Made by a program: the position numbers and the translations under genes | Shown: positions 41,743-51,721 of the stretch, one piece after another | Layout: each line of letters starts with the position of its first letter | Position numbering within the stretch: the stretch's first letter is position 1 | Assembly: GCA_963666315.2 (NCBI GenBank) | Contig: CAXXHG010000037.1 | Span: forward strand, 1 to 62,340 | From: Candidatus Binatia bacterium | Lineage (GTDB): Bacteria; Desulfobacterota; Binatia; Bin18 | Reading direction: 5' to 3' | DNA: 62,340 nt | Notes under the pieces: generated by a model | What the model was told of the DNA's origin: nothing | Database searches by the model: none | The model's input: the letters and a program-made list of their open reading frames with translations, nothing else

Positions 41743-41826
41743 GCCGGGATGGCGGAATTGGCAGACGCAGTGGACTCAAAATCCACCGGTGGAAACACTG
41801 TGCGAGTTCGAGTCTCGCTCCCGGCA
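41743..41826 (+). tRNA. tRNA-Leu(CAA)
   Basis: GCCGGGA/TCCCGGC acceptor stem, GTGGA-CTCAAAA-TCCAC anticodon arm, long variable arm, GCGAGTTCGAGTCTCGC T arm; no encoded CCA. Confidence 0.95.
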
Positions 41827-42315
41827 TATTTCCTTTCTTTTGATCGGCGTAGGCACTAAAGGTTTTGGCGCTCTACAGACTTAGTACGGGTGAGGCTATG
41901 GGCAGGGCGCTTCCATCCTCCTCTCCACCCCCCTGCTCATGGTCTCCCCCTTTTCCCCAACACTTAAAGAATGCAGACAGGCATACCGAATCTTGCTTGA
42001 GGGAGAAGTCGGTTGGATTAAACCTATGGATGACGGTACGGCAGTCGGCATCAATATTGCCAACCGTAAACAACGCCAGGAATGAGTCGAACTCGTGTTT
42101 CACCTTCAACACCGACGCTCCCGCCGGCCTAAAGATTATCTGACCGCCATATCCGCCATATCTGTATAGATCTCAGGACTCTGTCTCTTGTCCCTCTTGC
42201 TCATCACATGGGACCAAAAGGAGAGCAGGCGCGGGTGAGGGTTGTCTCTCAGCCGGATTTGCTGTAGGCAAAAAGCCAGCTTTTTGGCAGTTTTGTGCTG
42301 ATTTGAGGATACATC

Positions 42316-43983
42316 ATGAGTGATTCAGGCAGCGTTGCGAAAGCCCAACAGGAATGGGAGAATTCGGTTCTGAAGAAAGCGCTGTCGCGCTCACCCGAGC
42401 GTAAGGAGCGCTTTCACACTACGTCCGACATTGAGATCAAGCGGGTGTATACCAATGCGGATACACAGGCGGATGCCTACCAGGACAAGCTCGATTTTCC
42501 CGGTCAGTATCCGTTTACCCGCGGGGTGCAACCGACCATGTACCGCGGCCGCTATTGGACTATGCGCCAGTACGCGGGTTTTGGCACGGCTGAAGAGTCC
42601 AACCAGCGCTATCGCTATCTGCTTGACCAGGGACAAACCGGACTGTCCGTAGCCTTTGATCTACCAACGCAAATGGGTCGGGATTCCGACCACGTGCTTG
42701 CCTCAGGCGAAGTTGGTCGGGCCGGCGTGGCCATAGACTCCTTGGCTGACATGGAAACGCTGCTGAACGGGATTCCGCTCGACAAGGTCAGCACGTCGAT
42801 GACGATTAATTCCACGGCGTCTATTCTCTTGGCGCTCTATCTGGTCGTAGCGGAAAAACAAGGCGTGAGCTGGGATAAAGTCAGCGGAACAATCCAGAAC
42901 GACCTGCTTAAAGAATATATTGCGCGCGGCACGTATATCTATCCGCCCAGCCCGTCGCTTCGTATTATCACCGATATCTTCGGCTTCTGCGCCGACCAGG
43001 TGCCGAACTGGAATACGATTTCTATCTCCGGCTATCATATTCGCGAGGCCGGCTCGACGGCGGCGCAAGAGATTGCCTTTACGCTGGCTGATGGGATTGC
43101 CTATGTGGATGCCGCCTTGTCGGTTGGTCTCGATATAGATAGGTTTGCCTCGCGGCTGTCGTTCTTCTTTAACGTCCACAACAATTTCTTTGAGGAAGTG
43201 GCCAAATTTCGTGCCGCTCGACGGCTATGGGCGGAAATCATGAAAGAGCGCTTTCAGGCCAAAAACCCGCGCTCATGGATGCTGCGTATGCATGCGCAGA
43301 CGGCAGGTTCTACGCTGACCGCCCAGCAGCCGGATAATAATATTATTCGGGTTACGCTCCAGGCTTTGGCTGCCACCTTAGGTGGGACAAACTCCTTGCA
43401 TACCAATTCAAAAGACGAAGCCCTGGCTTTGCCGACGGAAGACTCGGTACGGATCGCGCTGCGGACGCAGCAGGTCATTGCGCATGAGTCGGGTGTGGCC
43501 GATACCATTGATCCCTTGGCTGGATCCTATTTTGTGGAATCCTTGACCGACGAGCTTGAGGCCAAAGCGCTTGCATATATCGACCGGATCGACAAGCTGG
43601 GTGGCGCCGTGAAAGCCATTGAGACCGGCTACCAACAGCGGGAAATCCATGAAGCGGCATTTCGCTACCAACAAGCCGTTGAGACCAAAGAGCAGGTGAT
43701 CGTTGGGGTGAATGAATTCACGGTTGAGGAAGATCATCACGACGCGCTGCACAAGATCGATTTGGCCGTAGAGAAGCGCCAGAAAGAAAAAGTGGCCGCC
43801 GTCCGGGCTGAGCGCAGTCAGGCTGCTGCACTAGGCGCGCTGCAGCGAGTTGCACAGACCGCGCGGGACGGTGGGAATCTGATGCCGGCGATTTTGGATG
43901 CTGTGCGCGCCTATGCCACGCTGGGCGAAATTTCAGACGCGATGCGTGAGGTATTTGGCGAGTATGCGCCGCCGACGTTTTAA
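42316..43983 (+). CDS. Methylmalonyl-CoA mutase family, substrate-binding (large) subunit
   Basis: [38 protein letters not shown]; lacks a B12-binding domain. Confidence 0.93.
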   Translation: MSDSGSVAKAQQEWENSVLKKALSRSPERKERFHTTSDIEIKRVYTNADTQADAYQDKLDFPGQYPFTRGVQPTMYRGRYWTMRQYAGFGTAEESNQRYRYLLDQGQTGLSVAFDLPTQMGRDSDHVLASGEVGRAGVAIDSLADMETLLNGIPLDKVSTSMTINSTASILLALYLVVAEKQGVSWDKVSGTIQNDLLKEYIARGTYIYPPSPSLRIITDIFGFCADQVPNWNTISISGYHIREAGSTAAQEIAFTLADGIAYVDAALSVGLDIDRFASRLSFFFNVHNNFFEEVAKFRAARRLWAEIMKERFQAKNPRSWMLRMHAQTAGSTLTAQQPDNNIIRVTLQALAATLGGTNSLHTNSKDEALALPTEDSVRIALRTQQVIAHESGVADTIDPLAGSYFVESLTDELEAKALAYIDRIDKLGGAVKAIETGYQQREIHEAAFRYQQAVETKEQVIVGVNEFTVEEDHHDALHKIDLAVEKRQKEKVAAVRAERSQAAALGALQRVAQTARDGGNLMPAILDAVRAYATLGEISDAMREVFGEYAPPTF

Positions 43984-44047
43984 GGGCCATAAGGACTGAG
44001 GGTCGAGTTTTTGAGCATATTGTTTGAGCATATCAAGGGAGAATCAC

Positions 44048-45118
44048 ATGAAAGGAACAGTCAGTTTTATTCCACGCGCGCGCATGATTGAGTTCTTTGA
44101 ATACGACCTGCCGGAGGTTGCCGATGGGGCCATCTTGGCAGAAGTGAGCCGCACCAATGTGTGTGGATCCGAAGTCCATATGTGGCGCGGCGAGTTTGGG
44201 AAACGTGGTGTCATGCCCGGCCATGAGATGGTCGGGCGTGTGTATCAATTAGGCAAAGGCGTGACAAAAGATACGGCCGGGCAGCCACTGAAAGAAGGCG
44301 ACCGTATTGCTCCGGTGTATTATGAGACCTGCGGCGAGTGTGTGAACTGTCGTGACGGCAATGCCGCTGCGTGCGTTGTCCTGGGTATCCGCGCCCGACG
44401 GGTCGGCCCCCACGATCCGCCCCATTTTCATACTCCGTTTGCCACCCACTATTACATCCAGCCCGGCCAGCATGTGTATAAGGTGCCCGACCATGCTGCA
44501 TCGGCGGCAAACTGTGCCTTGTCTCAGGTATTCTTTGGTTTAGATCAGGCAAACTTACGCTATGAGGAAACGCTGGTTGTCCAAGGTGCGGGCGGCCTGG
44601 GGCTGCACGCCATGACCGTTGCGAAAGCGCGTGGCGCGCGCGTAATTGCCATTGATGGGGTTGATCTGCGGCTCAAACGCGCCCAGGCGTTTGGCGCAGA
44701 CGAACTGATCGACATGCGTGAGTACACCGATACCAGGGCGCGGGTCGGGCGCGTGCGGGAACTCACCAATGGCTTGGGCGCGGATGTTGTACTTGAGGTT
44801 GCCGGAGTGCCCCAGGCATTTCTGGAAGCTATCAATCTCGTACGCAACGGCGGTCGAGTCATTGAGATCGGCAATATCTCTATGGGCATGACGGTTGAGC
44901 TGCCGCCCGCCCTAGTGACCTTTAAATCAATCCATATACTGGGTGTGGCCACCTATAATCCGCACTATCTGCTCAAGGCCCTACACTTCCTGTCCGCTCA
45001 TATTGACAAGTATCCTTACGACGAGCTGGTGGATGCCGAGTTCCCGCTTGAGAAGGCGGGCGAGGCGATGGAAAAGTCAGATCGTAAAGAGGTCACGCGG
45101 GCGGCATTGGTACCGTAG
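44048..45118 (+). CDS. Zn-dependent MDR alcohol dehydrogenase
   Basis: VCGSEVH, GHEMVG, CGECVNC, GAGGLG. Confidence 0.9.
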   Translation: MKGTVSFIPRARMIEFFEYDLPEVADGAILAEVSRTNVCGSEVHMWRGEFGKRGVMPGHEMVGRVYQLGKGVTKDTAGQPLKEGDRIAPVYYETCGECVNCRDGNAAACVVLGIRARRVGPHDPPHFHTPFATHYYIQPGQHVYKVPDHAASAANCALSQVFFGLDQANLRYEETLVVQGAGGLGLHAMTVAKARGARVIAIDGVDLRLKRAQAFGADELIDMREYTDTRARVGRVRELTNGLGADVVLEVAGVPQAFLEAINLVRNGGRVIEIGNISMGMTVELPPALVTFKSIHILGVATYNPHYLLKALHFLSAHIDKYPYDELVDAEFPLEKAGEAMEKSDRKEVTRAALVP

Positions 45119-45171
45119 CAGCGGGGTTGGTTATCCCTGGCCTGTCCTAGTGAAAAAGGAGAAGCGAGCGC

Positions 45172-45555
45172 ATGAAAGAGTCACTCAAACCCGGCATGTC
45201 TGCTGAACAAACCATCACGACGACGCCCGAGATGGGCATTGTCCACCTGGGCCCGGGTGCACCCCAAATGTACTCAACCCCGTCGATGATCCAGCTCATG
45301 GAAGGAACGTGTGTGCAGTTCCTCACGCCTCATGTGGATGCCGGCGAGCAAACGGTGGGCTTTCATATTGATGTGAGACATCTTGCGCCCACTACGATTG
45401 GGCAAAAAGTGAGGGGGAAAGTGACGCTGAAAGAGATCAAAGGTCGCCGTCTGCTGTTTGGCGTGGAAGCCTATAATGAAGATGGGACCAAGATCGGGGA
45501 CGGCATACATGAGCGGGCGGTGGTGAATATTGACCGCTTTTCTGGGCAGAAATAA
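45172..45555 (+). CDS. FlK-like hot-dog thioesterase
   Basis: YSTPSMIQLME, TVGFHIDVRHLAPT, GIHERAVV. Confidence 0.85.
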   Translation: MKESLKPGMSAEQTITTTPEMGIVHLGPGAPQMYSTPSMIQLMEGTCVQFLTPHVDAGEQTVGFHIDVRHLAPTTIGQKVRGKVTLKEIKGRRLLFGVEAYNEDGTKIGDGIHERAVVNIDRFSGQK

Positions 45556-45604
45556 TACTGCTCCCGGGTGTTTTGTTTCGGCACGGCGTGCCCGTCTTTT
45601 TTTG

Positions 45605-45928
45605 TTATCTGACCTGTGACCCGGCCCGTGTACGCTTCTCGGGCCGCAGCACAATCACCTGCTCTCCGTCTGACGCGGCGAGCAGCATGCCTTGGCTCTC
45701 TATGCCGCGCAGTTTTGCCGGCTGAAGATTGGCGACCACAACAATTTGCCTGCCGACTAATTCTTCCGGGCTGTAATGGGCGCGTATGCCGGCCACGAGT
45801 TGGCGTTCTTCTTCTTCCCCGATATCTACCTTCAGTACCAGCAGGCGGTCTGCGTTGGGATGGGGCTGAACGGATTTGACCGTCCCGACCCGCAGCTCAA
45901 TTTTGCTGAATTCTTCAATCGTTACCAT
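45605..45928 (-). CDS. Stand-alone tRNA-binding OB domain (MetRS C-terminal / CsaA / Trbp111)
   Basis: IELRVG, HPNADRLLVL, VANLQPAKLRGIESQGMLLAA. Confidence 0.9.
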   Translation of the reverse strand: MVTIEEFSKIELRVGTVKSVQPHPNADRLLVLKVDIGEEEERQLVAGIRAHYSPEELVGRQIVVVANLQPAKLRGIESQGMLLAASDGEQVIVLRPEKRTRAGSQVR

Positions 45929-46059
45929 GGACTTGGACTCCTCCTCAGATTTCGAGCCACTATAACCACGTGAGAAGAAAGAGCAACAAGGCTTTTGACT
46001 TTTCCGGCTCGTCCGGCCATAATCCTGAATCGGCCTGTGAAAAAGGAAGAATAATAAGG

Positions 46060-46515
46060 GTGTTGCAGCTCCAGCCACAGACGCGAGAGGCTCTGGGTCA
46101 GCATGCACGGGACACGTTTCCGGATGAGTGCTGTGGGGCAATTCTGACTATCGATGGTCGTGAAGAAGTGCGCCGGATTGCCAATGTCCAAAACGCGATG
46201 CATGCGAAGGACGCGCAGACCTATCCCCGCGACGCAACGATTGCGTATTTCATGCAGCCCAAAGAGCTCTTTGCGGTGATTCAGGCTGTTGATGAGGGCA
46301 GGGCTGTGCTGACGGCTTTCTACCACTCGCATCCCAACCATGACGCTTATTTTTCTGACGAAGATAAAGCCCAAGCTCTATTTGGAGATGAACCCTCGTA
46401 TCCGGATACCTCCTATGTGGTCGTTTCCGTATATGATAGTGGGGTCCGGACCATGCGGGCATATGGCTGGGATGAAGCCAGCCAGGATTTTGTTGAAACG
46501 GGATTACAAGCCTAA
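46060..46515 (+). CDS. JAB/MPN (Mov34) metalloprotease, Mec-like
   Basis: PDECCG and FYHSHPNHDAYFSDED (JAMM motif). Confidence 0.88.
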   Translation: MLQLQPQTREALGQHARDTFPDECCGAILTIDGREEVRRIANVQNAMHAKDAQTYPRDATIAYFMQPKELFAVIQAVDEGRAVLTAFYHSHPNHDAYFSDEDKAQALFGDEPSYPDTSYVVVSVYDSGVRTMRAYGWDEASQDFVETGLQA

Positions 46516-46563
46516 GAACGTGTCTACGAAGTTTCTGAGGTACTGCAAGAAGAGGATGGAGTT

Positions 46564-47196
46564 ATGATGCGAGTACAGGCTGTGCGCAGGATGGTGGTTA
46601 TGGCCGGGGTGATGGGTGCGCTGGGCATGTTTGTCGCAACGCCGCTGTGGGCCAATGATCTCCCGGGTAAAGGGACGTGGTCGTTTGGCATGCGGTCCGG
46701 ATTCACGGTCAGTGATGATACCGGCACACGTGAGATTGAAAAGGTTCCGCTCCATTTACACATTGGCTATACGGCCTTTAAGGGCTCAAAATGGTTTCTG
46801 CCCAAAGGTTCTCTGGAAATCGCCACAGAACCCTTTGCCACTCTTGTGACGTATAAGACCCAGGGTTCTGTGGAGCGCCATAAAGCCAATTATGAAATCG
46901 GGCTGATGCTGCCGGTCCTGACCTATCATTTTGATCTCGGCATTCCTGCCTACCCCTATATTGAGGGCGGCCTGGGCGTTATGTACCATGATTTCCAGGG
47001 CTATGATTTAGGCGGTGGGTTTAATTTTGCGGAGATGGCCGGGGGCGGTGTGACCTATTTTCTTGATACGAATTTGACGGTTAATCTTGGTTACCGCTTT
47101 CAGCATGCATCCAATACGAGCTTGTATGATGAAAACCGAGGCTTCAATACGCACACCTTTATGGCCGGGTTTTCGTATTTGTTGCCCGCCCAATAA
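46564..47196 (+). CDS. PagL-like lipid A deacylase outer-membrane beta-barrel
   Basis: PYIEGGLG, FNFAEMAGGG, YRFQHASN...NRGFN. Confidence 0.75.
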   Translation: MMRVQAVRRMVVMAGVMGALGMFVATPLWANDLPGKGTWSFGMRSGFTVSDDTGTREIEKVPLHLHIGYTAFKGSKWFLPKGSLEIATEPFATLVTYKTQGSVERHKANYEIGLMLPVLTYHFDLGIPAYPYIEGGLGVMYHDFQGYDLGGGFNFAEMAGGGVTYFLDTNLTVNLGYRFQHASNTSLYDENRGFNTHTFMAGFSYLLPAQ

Positions 47197-47199
47197 TTG

Positions 47200-47250
47200 A
47201 ACGATCCCCGCCCAGTGATGGGCGAACGTACCCCGCTCAGTAATGAGCGG
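47200..47250 (+). repeat. Tandem 25-bp repeat forming two GNRA hairpins
   Basis: CGCCCA-GTGA-TGGGCG and CGCTCA-GTAA-TGAGCG. Confidence 0.75.
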
Positions 47251-47279
47251 ACGCTGTCTTCCAAGAAAGAAAAGGTCTC

Positions 47280-47864
47280 ATGGCGGAGAAGAACAAGAAA
47301 GCCCCTAAGGACGAGGCATGGTGGGTTGAGGTAAACAAAAAGCGCGAGCGAGCAAAGCCGACCGAACGTGAAGCCCCAATCGGGAAGTCATTTTTCAGCA
47401 GTGTTCAGGATTACGACCAGGTCCAGGCTGAAAAAAATCTGACTGATCTGAACCTCAAGCTCCTGTCTGACGCTCATGCCGAACCTGGAGTGTGGAGCTA
47501 TTTTGCCTTACTTGAGGAAAAATCCTCTCAGCGAGAAATAGACAAAATCAAGCGCGCCGTGCCTCTGCCCAAGAATGCACGTGGAGTCATCGTAGACTCA
47601 GGTCTATCGCTGCGTGCCATAGTGAAGGATACCTCGGATCATGGCGTCTTGATGGAGTTTAATTTCATCGCTGAGGCGTCCTTTGACTGCTGGATTCGGA
47701 ATGAATGGGTGTGTGAGAAAGTCTTTAAAGGCAAACATGAACTGCTCAGACGGGCAGACCAACTTCTCAAGAAGTATCTGCGCCGAGGAGCACGTGCGGG
47801 CGAGGAATTCTTTGATGCGCCGAGCCCGGCTGGGGCCCTGCCGCCGGCGCGAACCGAGTGGTAG
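47280..47864 (+). CDS. Hypothetical protein
   Basis: 194-aa ORF in a co-directional run; no recognised motif. Confidence 0.55.
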   Translation: MAEKNKKAPKDEAWWVEVNKKRERAKPTEREAPIGKSFFSSVQDYDQVQAEKNLTDLNLKLLSDAHAEPGVWSYFALLEEKSSQREIDKIKRAVPLPKNARGVIVDSGLSLRAIVKDTSDHGVLMEFNFIAEASFDCWIRNEWVCEKVFKGKHELLRRADQLLKKYLRRGARAGEEFFDAPSPAGALPPARTEW

Positions 47865-47908
47865 CACGCTCACAAAGCAGGTCAGTAGCAGGTCCTCAGG
47901 AGGATACG

Positions 47909-48751
47909 ATGTCGAGTACAGCAGCCTGTCTTCGTCAGATGATCAATGGACCAGAGATGGTCGTTGCTCCATTCATATTTGATGCCTTTCAAGCCAAGAT
48001 TGCCCAAGCTGCGGGTTTCCAGACCGTATACATGACTGGGTTCGGGACCGCTGCTTCGCGTGGATTTCCCGACGTGGGCCTGCTGACTATGGCCGAGATG
48101 GTCGAGAATGTACGCTATATTGCCAACGCTATCGATATTCCGCTGGTGTGCGATGCGGATACCGGCTACGGCAATCCCGTCAACGTGTACCGCACTGTTC
48201 GTGAATATGAAGCCGCGGGCGCTGCCGCATTACATATCGAAGACCAGGTGTGGCCCAAGCGATGCGGATTTTTATCCGGCAAACAAGTCATTCGGATGGA
48301 AGACATGGTGCCCAAAGTCAAGGCGGCGTGTGATGCCCGGCGGAGTGCCGACTTTGTGATTATCGCGCGGACGGATGCCTTAGCGGTGAATGGCTGGGAG
48401 GATGTTATTCGGCGTGCCCGCGCGTACCGAGAAGCAGGCGCGGACCTGATCTTTGTGGATGGGATTAAGACGCACGATGACATCACTCGGTATGTGCAAG
48501 AGCTGGGAGATCTGCCCCTGCTGTATAATGGGCAACTTCTGCCCACACAAGAGATTGCGAAATTCGGCTTTAAGCTGACGATTTATTCTGCAACGCTGAT
48601 GGCGGCCTATGTCCGTATGCGCGACGCTATGCAGGAACTCAAGACAACGGGCAGCATCGCCCATGGTGCCGAGTGGCAGTGTTTCGAAGAACTGACTTCT
48701 CTCCTGGGCGTGCCGGAAGCCATGGCGATAGGCAAGAAGTACGAGCAGTGA
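47909..48751 (+). CDS. Isocitrate lyase / PEP mutase family protein (PrpB-like)
   Basis: DADTGYG, IEDQVWPKRCG, IIARTDA. Confidence 0.9.
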   Translation: MSSTAACLRQMINGPEMVVAPFIFDAFQAKIAQAAGFQTVYMTGFGTAASRGFPDVGLLTMAEMVENVRYIANAIDIPLVCDADTGYGNPVNVYRTVREYEAAGAAALHIEDQVWPKRCGFLSGKQVIRMEDMVPKVKAACDARRSADFVIIARTDALAVNGWEDVIRRARAYREAGADLIFVDGIKTHDDITRYVQELGDLPLLYNGQLLPTQEIAKFGFKLTIYSATLMAAYVRMRDAMQELKTTGSIAHGAEWQCFEELTSLLGVPEAMAIGKKYEQ

Positions 48752-48777
48752 TTTATTCAAGCAAGAAATATATTTGA

Positions 48778-49590
48778 CTAGCCCACCCGCTGGAAGCCAA
48801 ACAGCGACGAGCGACGGTGGGTCCGTCCGGCTGGTTTTGCTCCTGCGACCACCACTCTGAGCTCAGCAGAAAAATTCTCCAGATCTTTGCGCTTCTCTTC
48901 CTCAAACTCGTCGAGGTCACGCTGCCGCTTTTTTTGAAACGTAGAAAAATCGCTAGTCCACTGGGACTGAAACGTGTCTAGGGCTGTAGCGACGTCCTTA
49001 TACATGGACGAGTTCACAACCAGCGAACCGGCACAGTGCGTGCAATAGAACACCATACCGATCCGAAAATGCCGAAAGGGAGCAGTGAATTCTCCATCGC
49101 AACGCTGACAATTAATGGGTACCTGCCATTCATCTACGCTGGGTATGGATAGGGCCATAGGATCTGCAACGGATGCTGGTGCCGGTGCTGAGACGGGGGC
49201 CGCTTGTGGAGCGGGGGCAGGGGCCGCTGCATCCGCGGCTGCGGGGGCCTCGGCTCCTCCTCCTTTAAACCGTGAGGGAAAGTCATCCGCAAACGTGTCC
49301 TCCGGGTGGAGTTCCTTGGCACGCGCGAGCAGTGCCGCTTCAGTTTCCACAATGTCAGGATTCGGGAGGCAGCAATCAACCGGACACACCACGGCACAGG
49401 CCTCTTGATCGAAAAAGCCGACACATTCCGTGCATTTTTCCGGTACGATGTAAAAGATATCGTCGTCGATGGCCGCGTGGGTCGCGCCGTTGAATTCATA
49501 CTCGACCGCGCCTTGATAAATGGCGGTATTGGGACATTCCGGTTCGCAGGCTCCGCAGTTTATGCATTCCTCTGTGATGATGGTTGCCAT
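48778..49590 (-). CDS. YfhL-type 2[4Fe-4S] ferredoxin with C-terminal Zn-ribbon/coiled-coil extension
   Basis: CINCGACEPECP, CTECVGF...CAVVCPVDCC; Ala/Pro linker; CQRC...CTHC. Confidence 0.85.
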   Translation of the reverse strand: MATIITEECINCGACEPECPNTAIYQGAVEYEFNGATHAAIDDDIFYIVPEKCTECVGFFDQEACAVVCPVDCCLPNPDIVETEAALLARAKELHPEDTFADDFPSRFKGGGAEAPAAADAAAPAPAPQAAPVSAPAPASVADPMALSIPSVDEWQVPINCQRCDGEFTAPFRHFRIGMVFYCTHCAGSLVVNSSMYKDVATALDTFQSQWTSDFSTFQKKRQRDLDEFEEEKRKDLENFSAELRVVVAGAKPAGRTHRRSSLFGFQRVG

Positions 49591-49876
49591 GAGTGGTCAC
49601 TCCCTTTGCGTGTATACAACTGATAGTGTCGGTTTGTATCGACCGCATTCTCAGACAGATAACACTAGGATAACGCGTCTGAGGGTTTCTTAACTACTAA
49701 TAAAATAAAGGGACACCAAGTCTACGGGTAGCCAGTTGCTTGGTGGCTGTCAATGACCCCGATCCTGGGTGGTTCCTGCGTCTATCCTGCCTTGCAAAGC
49801 AAGCGGGCAGGACGGATAATACGGGCACAGTTCAAGTCGAGTTTCCCCCGAGAGTCCCATGTGGAGAAAGTCTCGT

Positions 49877-50158
49877 ATGGCGGCTGACAAAAGTGTGACG
49901 GAAAAAATTCTCAGTGTGCTGCGTCCATATGCGGCCCACTGGGGCGGAACGCTGAGCCGGGGAGATCTCGTCATCCCGCAGCGGGAAATTCCGCGGATGA
50001 TTCATGAGATTATCGATGCCACGCACGACGTGTCTGCTGGACAACAAGAGGCTAGCGACCTGGACCTGTTTCAGGTGCTCAACGAAACACGCCGTCTGCC
50101 CTCGGTTCAGGACCAAATTGATCGGCTGAAGGGCCATTTTCGGATCAATAAGAAATAA
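49877..50158 (+). CDS. Hypothetical protein
   Basis: GGAG RBS; 93-aa ORF upstream of RNase Z-like gene. Confidence 0.5.
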   Translation: MAADKSVTEKILSVLRPYAAHWGGTLSRGDLVIPQREIPRMIHEIIDATHDVSAGQQEASDLDLFQVLNETRRLPSVQDQIDRLKGHFRINKK

Positions 50159-50179
50159 GCCGCTGTTTTTCCCTGTCGT

Positions 50180-51244
50180 ATGAACCTCGCCTTTGCCCCA
50201 CGTCTGGTGAATGGACCGTTTGGTGACCCCGGACTGTATATCCATATGCGCTGGGAAGGCCGCGCGCTGCTGTTCGATCTCGGCCAGAGCGATGCTTGTC
50301 CTGCGGGCGACCTTTTACGGGTCAGTCATGTTTTTGTGTCGCACTGTCATATGGATCACTTTATCGGCTTCGACCGATTACTGCGCCTGTTTTTGAGTCG
50401 AGACGCGCGGTTGTCAATTTATGGTCCGCCGGGAATACTTGACTGTGTGGAGGGAAAACTCCGCGGCTATACCTGGAATCTGGTCGACGGCTACTGCTTC
50501 TCGCTTGAGGTCGCCGAAGTTGGCCCGGACACCATCCAGCGAGCCCTGTTTCATGCGGCGACCGGCTTTACGCGCGAACTACTGTCCTCGTCTCCGTTTA
50601 CCGGAGTCCTGCTCGATGAGTCGGCGTTTTGTGTTCGGGCGACTCATCTCGATCACCGGATTTACTCTCTGGCCTTTGCGTTTGAAGAAAAGAGTCATCT
50701 CAACGTTGACAAAGCGCATTTAGACCGCCTCGGCGTGCCGACCGGTGCGTGGTTGTCCGAACTGAAAAGCGCGCTTCGCCGGAATGAGCCGGATGCTTTT
50801 CTTGTCTGCGCGACATGGCAAGAAGACGGACAAGAACGCAGTCGGGATTTTCGCCTTGGAGAGGTCCGCGGCTCCCTGGTGAAGGAAACTCGCGGGCAGA
50901 AATTCGCCTATGTTGTAGACACGCTGTATAGCCCGGAGAATGCCGCGCGGATTACCAGGCTGGCCCGAGACGCGGACGTGTTCTTCTGTGAATCCCCATT
51001 CCTGGACGAAGACGAGGAGCAGGCGACCAAGCGCTATCATCTCACAGCCAAACAGGCCGGACTGCTGGGCCGTTCGGCACATGTCCGCAAGCTGCAGGTG
51101 TTTCATTTTTCCCCGCGCTATTCGGATCGTGCGCAGCAAATCTATCGTGAGGCGCAGGCTGCTTTTCTTGGAGCGTCCGTTCAGGCGGCTGCGCCGGAAC
51201 AGGCTGCTGAATCCGACGCCGTCTCCGAGGCGCCTGCGAAGTGA
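50180..51244 (+). CDS. Ribonuclease Z-like MBL-fold protein
   Basis: LVNGPFGDPGLY, SHCHMDHFIG, HLTAKQAG, FHFSPRY. Confidence 0.85.
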   Translation: MNLAFAPRLVNGPFGDPGLYIHMRWEGRALLFDLGQSDACPAGDLLRVSHVFVSHCHMDHFIGFDRLLRLFLSRDARLSIYGPPGILDCVEGKLRGYTWNLVDGYCFSLEVAEVGPDTIQRALFHAATGFTRELLSSSPFTGVLLDESAFCVRATHLDHRIYSLAFAFEEKSHLNVDKAHLDRLGVPTGAWLSELKSALRRNEPDAFLVCATWQEDGQERSRDFRLGEVRGSLVKETRGQKFAYVVDTLYSPENAARITRLARDADVFFCESPFLDEDEEQATKRYHLTAKQAGLLGRSAHVRKLQVFHFSPRYSDRAQQIYREAQAAFLGASVQAAAPEQAAESDAVSEAPAK

Positions 51245-51253
51245 TGCCGGCCC

Positions 51254-51697
51254 ATGGCGATATCTATTCCTGAATCCGTTCAGCGTTTTATCAATGCCCA
51301 CGTAGTAGCGCACTTGGCGACTGCGGACAGCAATGGTCAGCCGCATGTCATTCCCTTTTGTTATGCCTTTGACGGCGAACATATCTATTTTGTGGTCGAT
51401 CAAAAACCCAAGCGCCAGACCGGCAAACCGATCAAGCGGATTCGGAATATGCTAGAGAATCCGCACGCGGCCATTGTCATCGATGACTACGCTGATGACT
51501 GGACGCAGCTCGCCTATGTATTGATCACGGGAACCACGGCCTTGGTGAGTGACGAAACCGAGTATGACCGGCTATTAGCGCTCTTGCGCGAACGCTATCT
51601 GCAGTACCGGGAGATGGAGCTGACTTTTGCCACTAATGCCATGGTGCGGATTACGCCAACCAAGGTTCACGCCTGGGGTAAAATTGAAAAAGATTGA
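51254..51697 (+). CDS. PPOX-class F420-dependent oxidoreductase
   Basis: AHLATADSNGQPHVIPFC, VDQKPK, RIRNMLENP, DDYADDWTQL. Confidence 0.85.
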   Translation: MAISIPESVQRFINAHVVAHLATADSNGQPHVIPFCYAFDGEHIYFVVDQKPKRQTGKPIKRIRNMLENPHAAIVIDDYADDWTQLAYVLITGTTALVSDETEYDRLLALLRERYLQYREMELTFATNAMVRITPTKVHAWGKIEKD

Positions 51698-51721
51698 GCA
51701 AGATTGAGAAAAAATGGTAGG

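Noticed and set aside
41990-42315. Cobalamin riboswitch upstream of the mutase
   Set aside because: Only scattered words match; no GCAACTGT, GCCACTG or GGGAAG core in the correct order.
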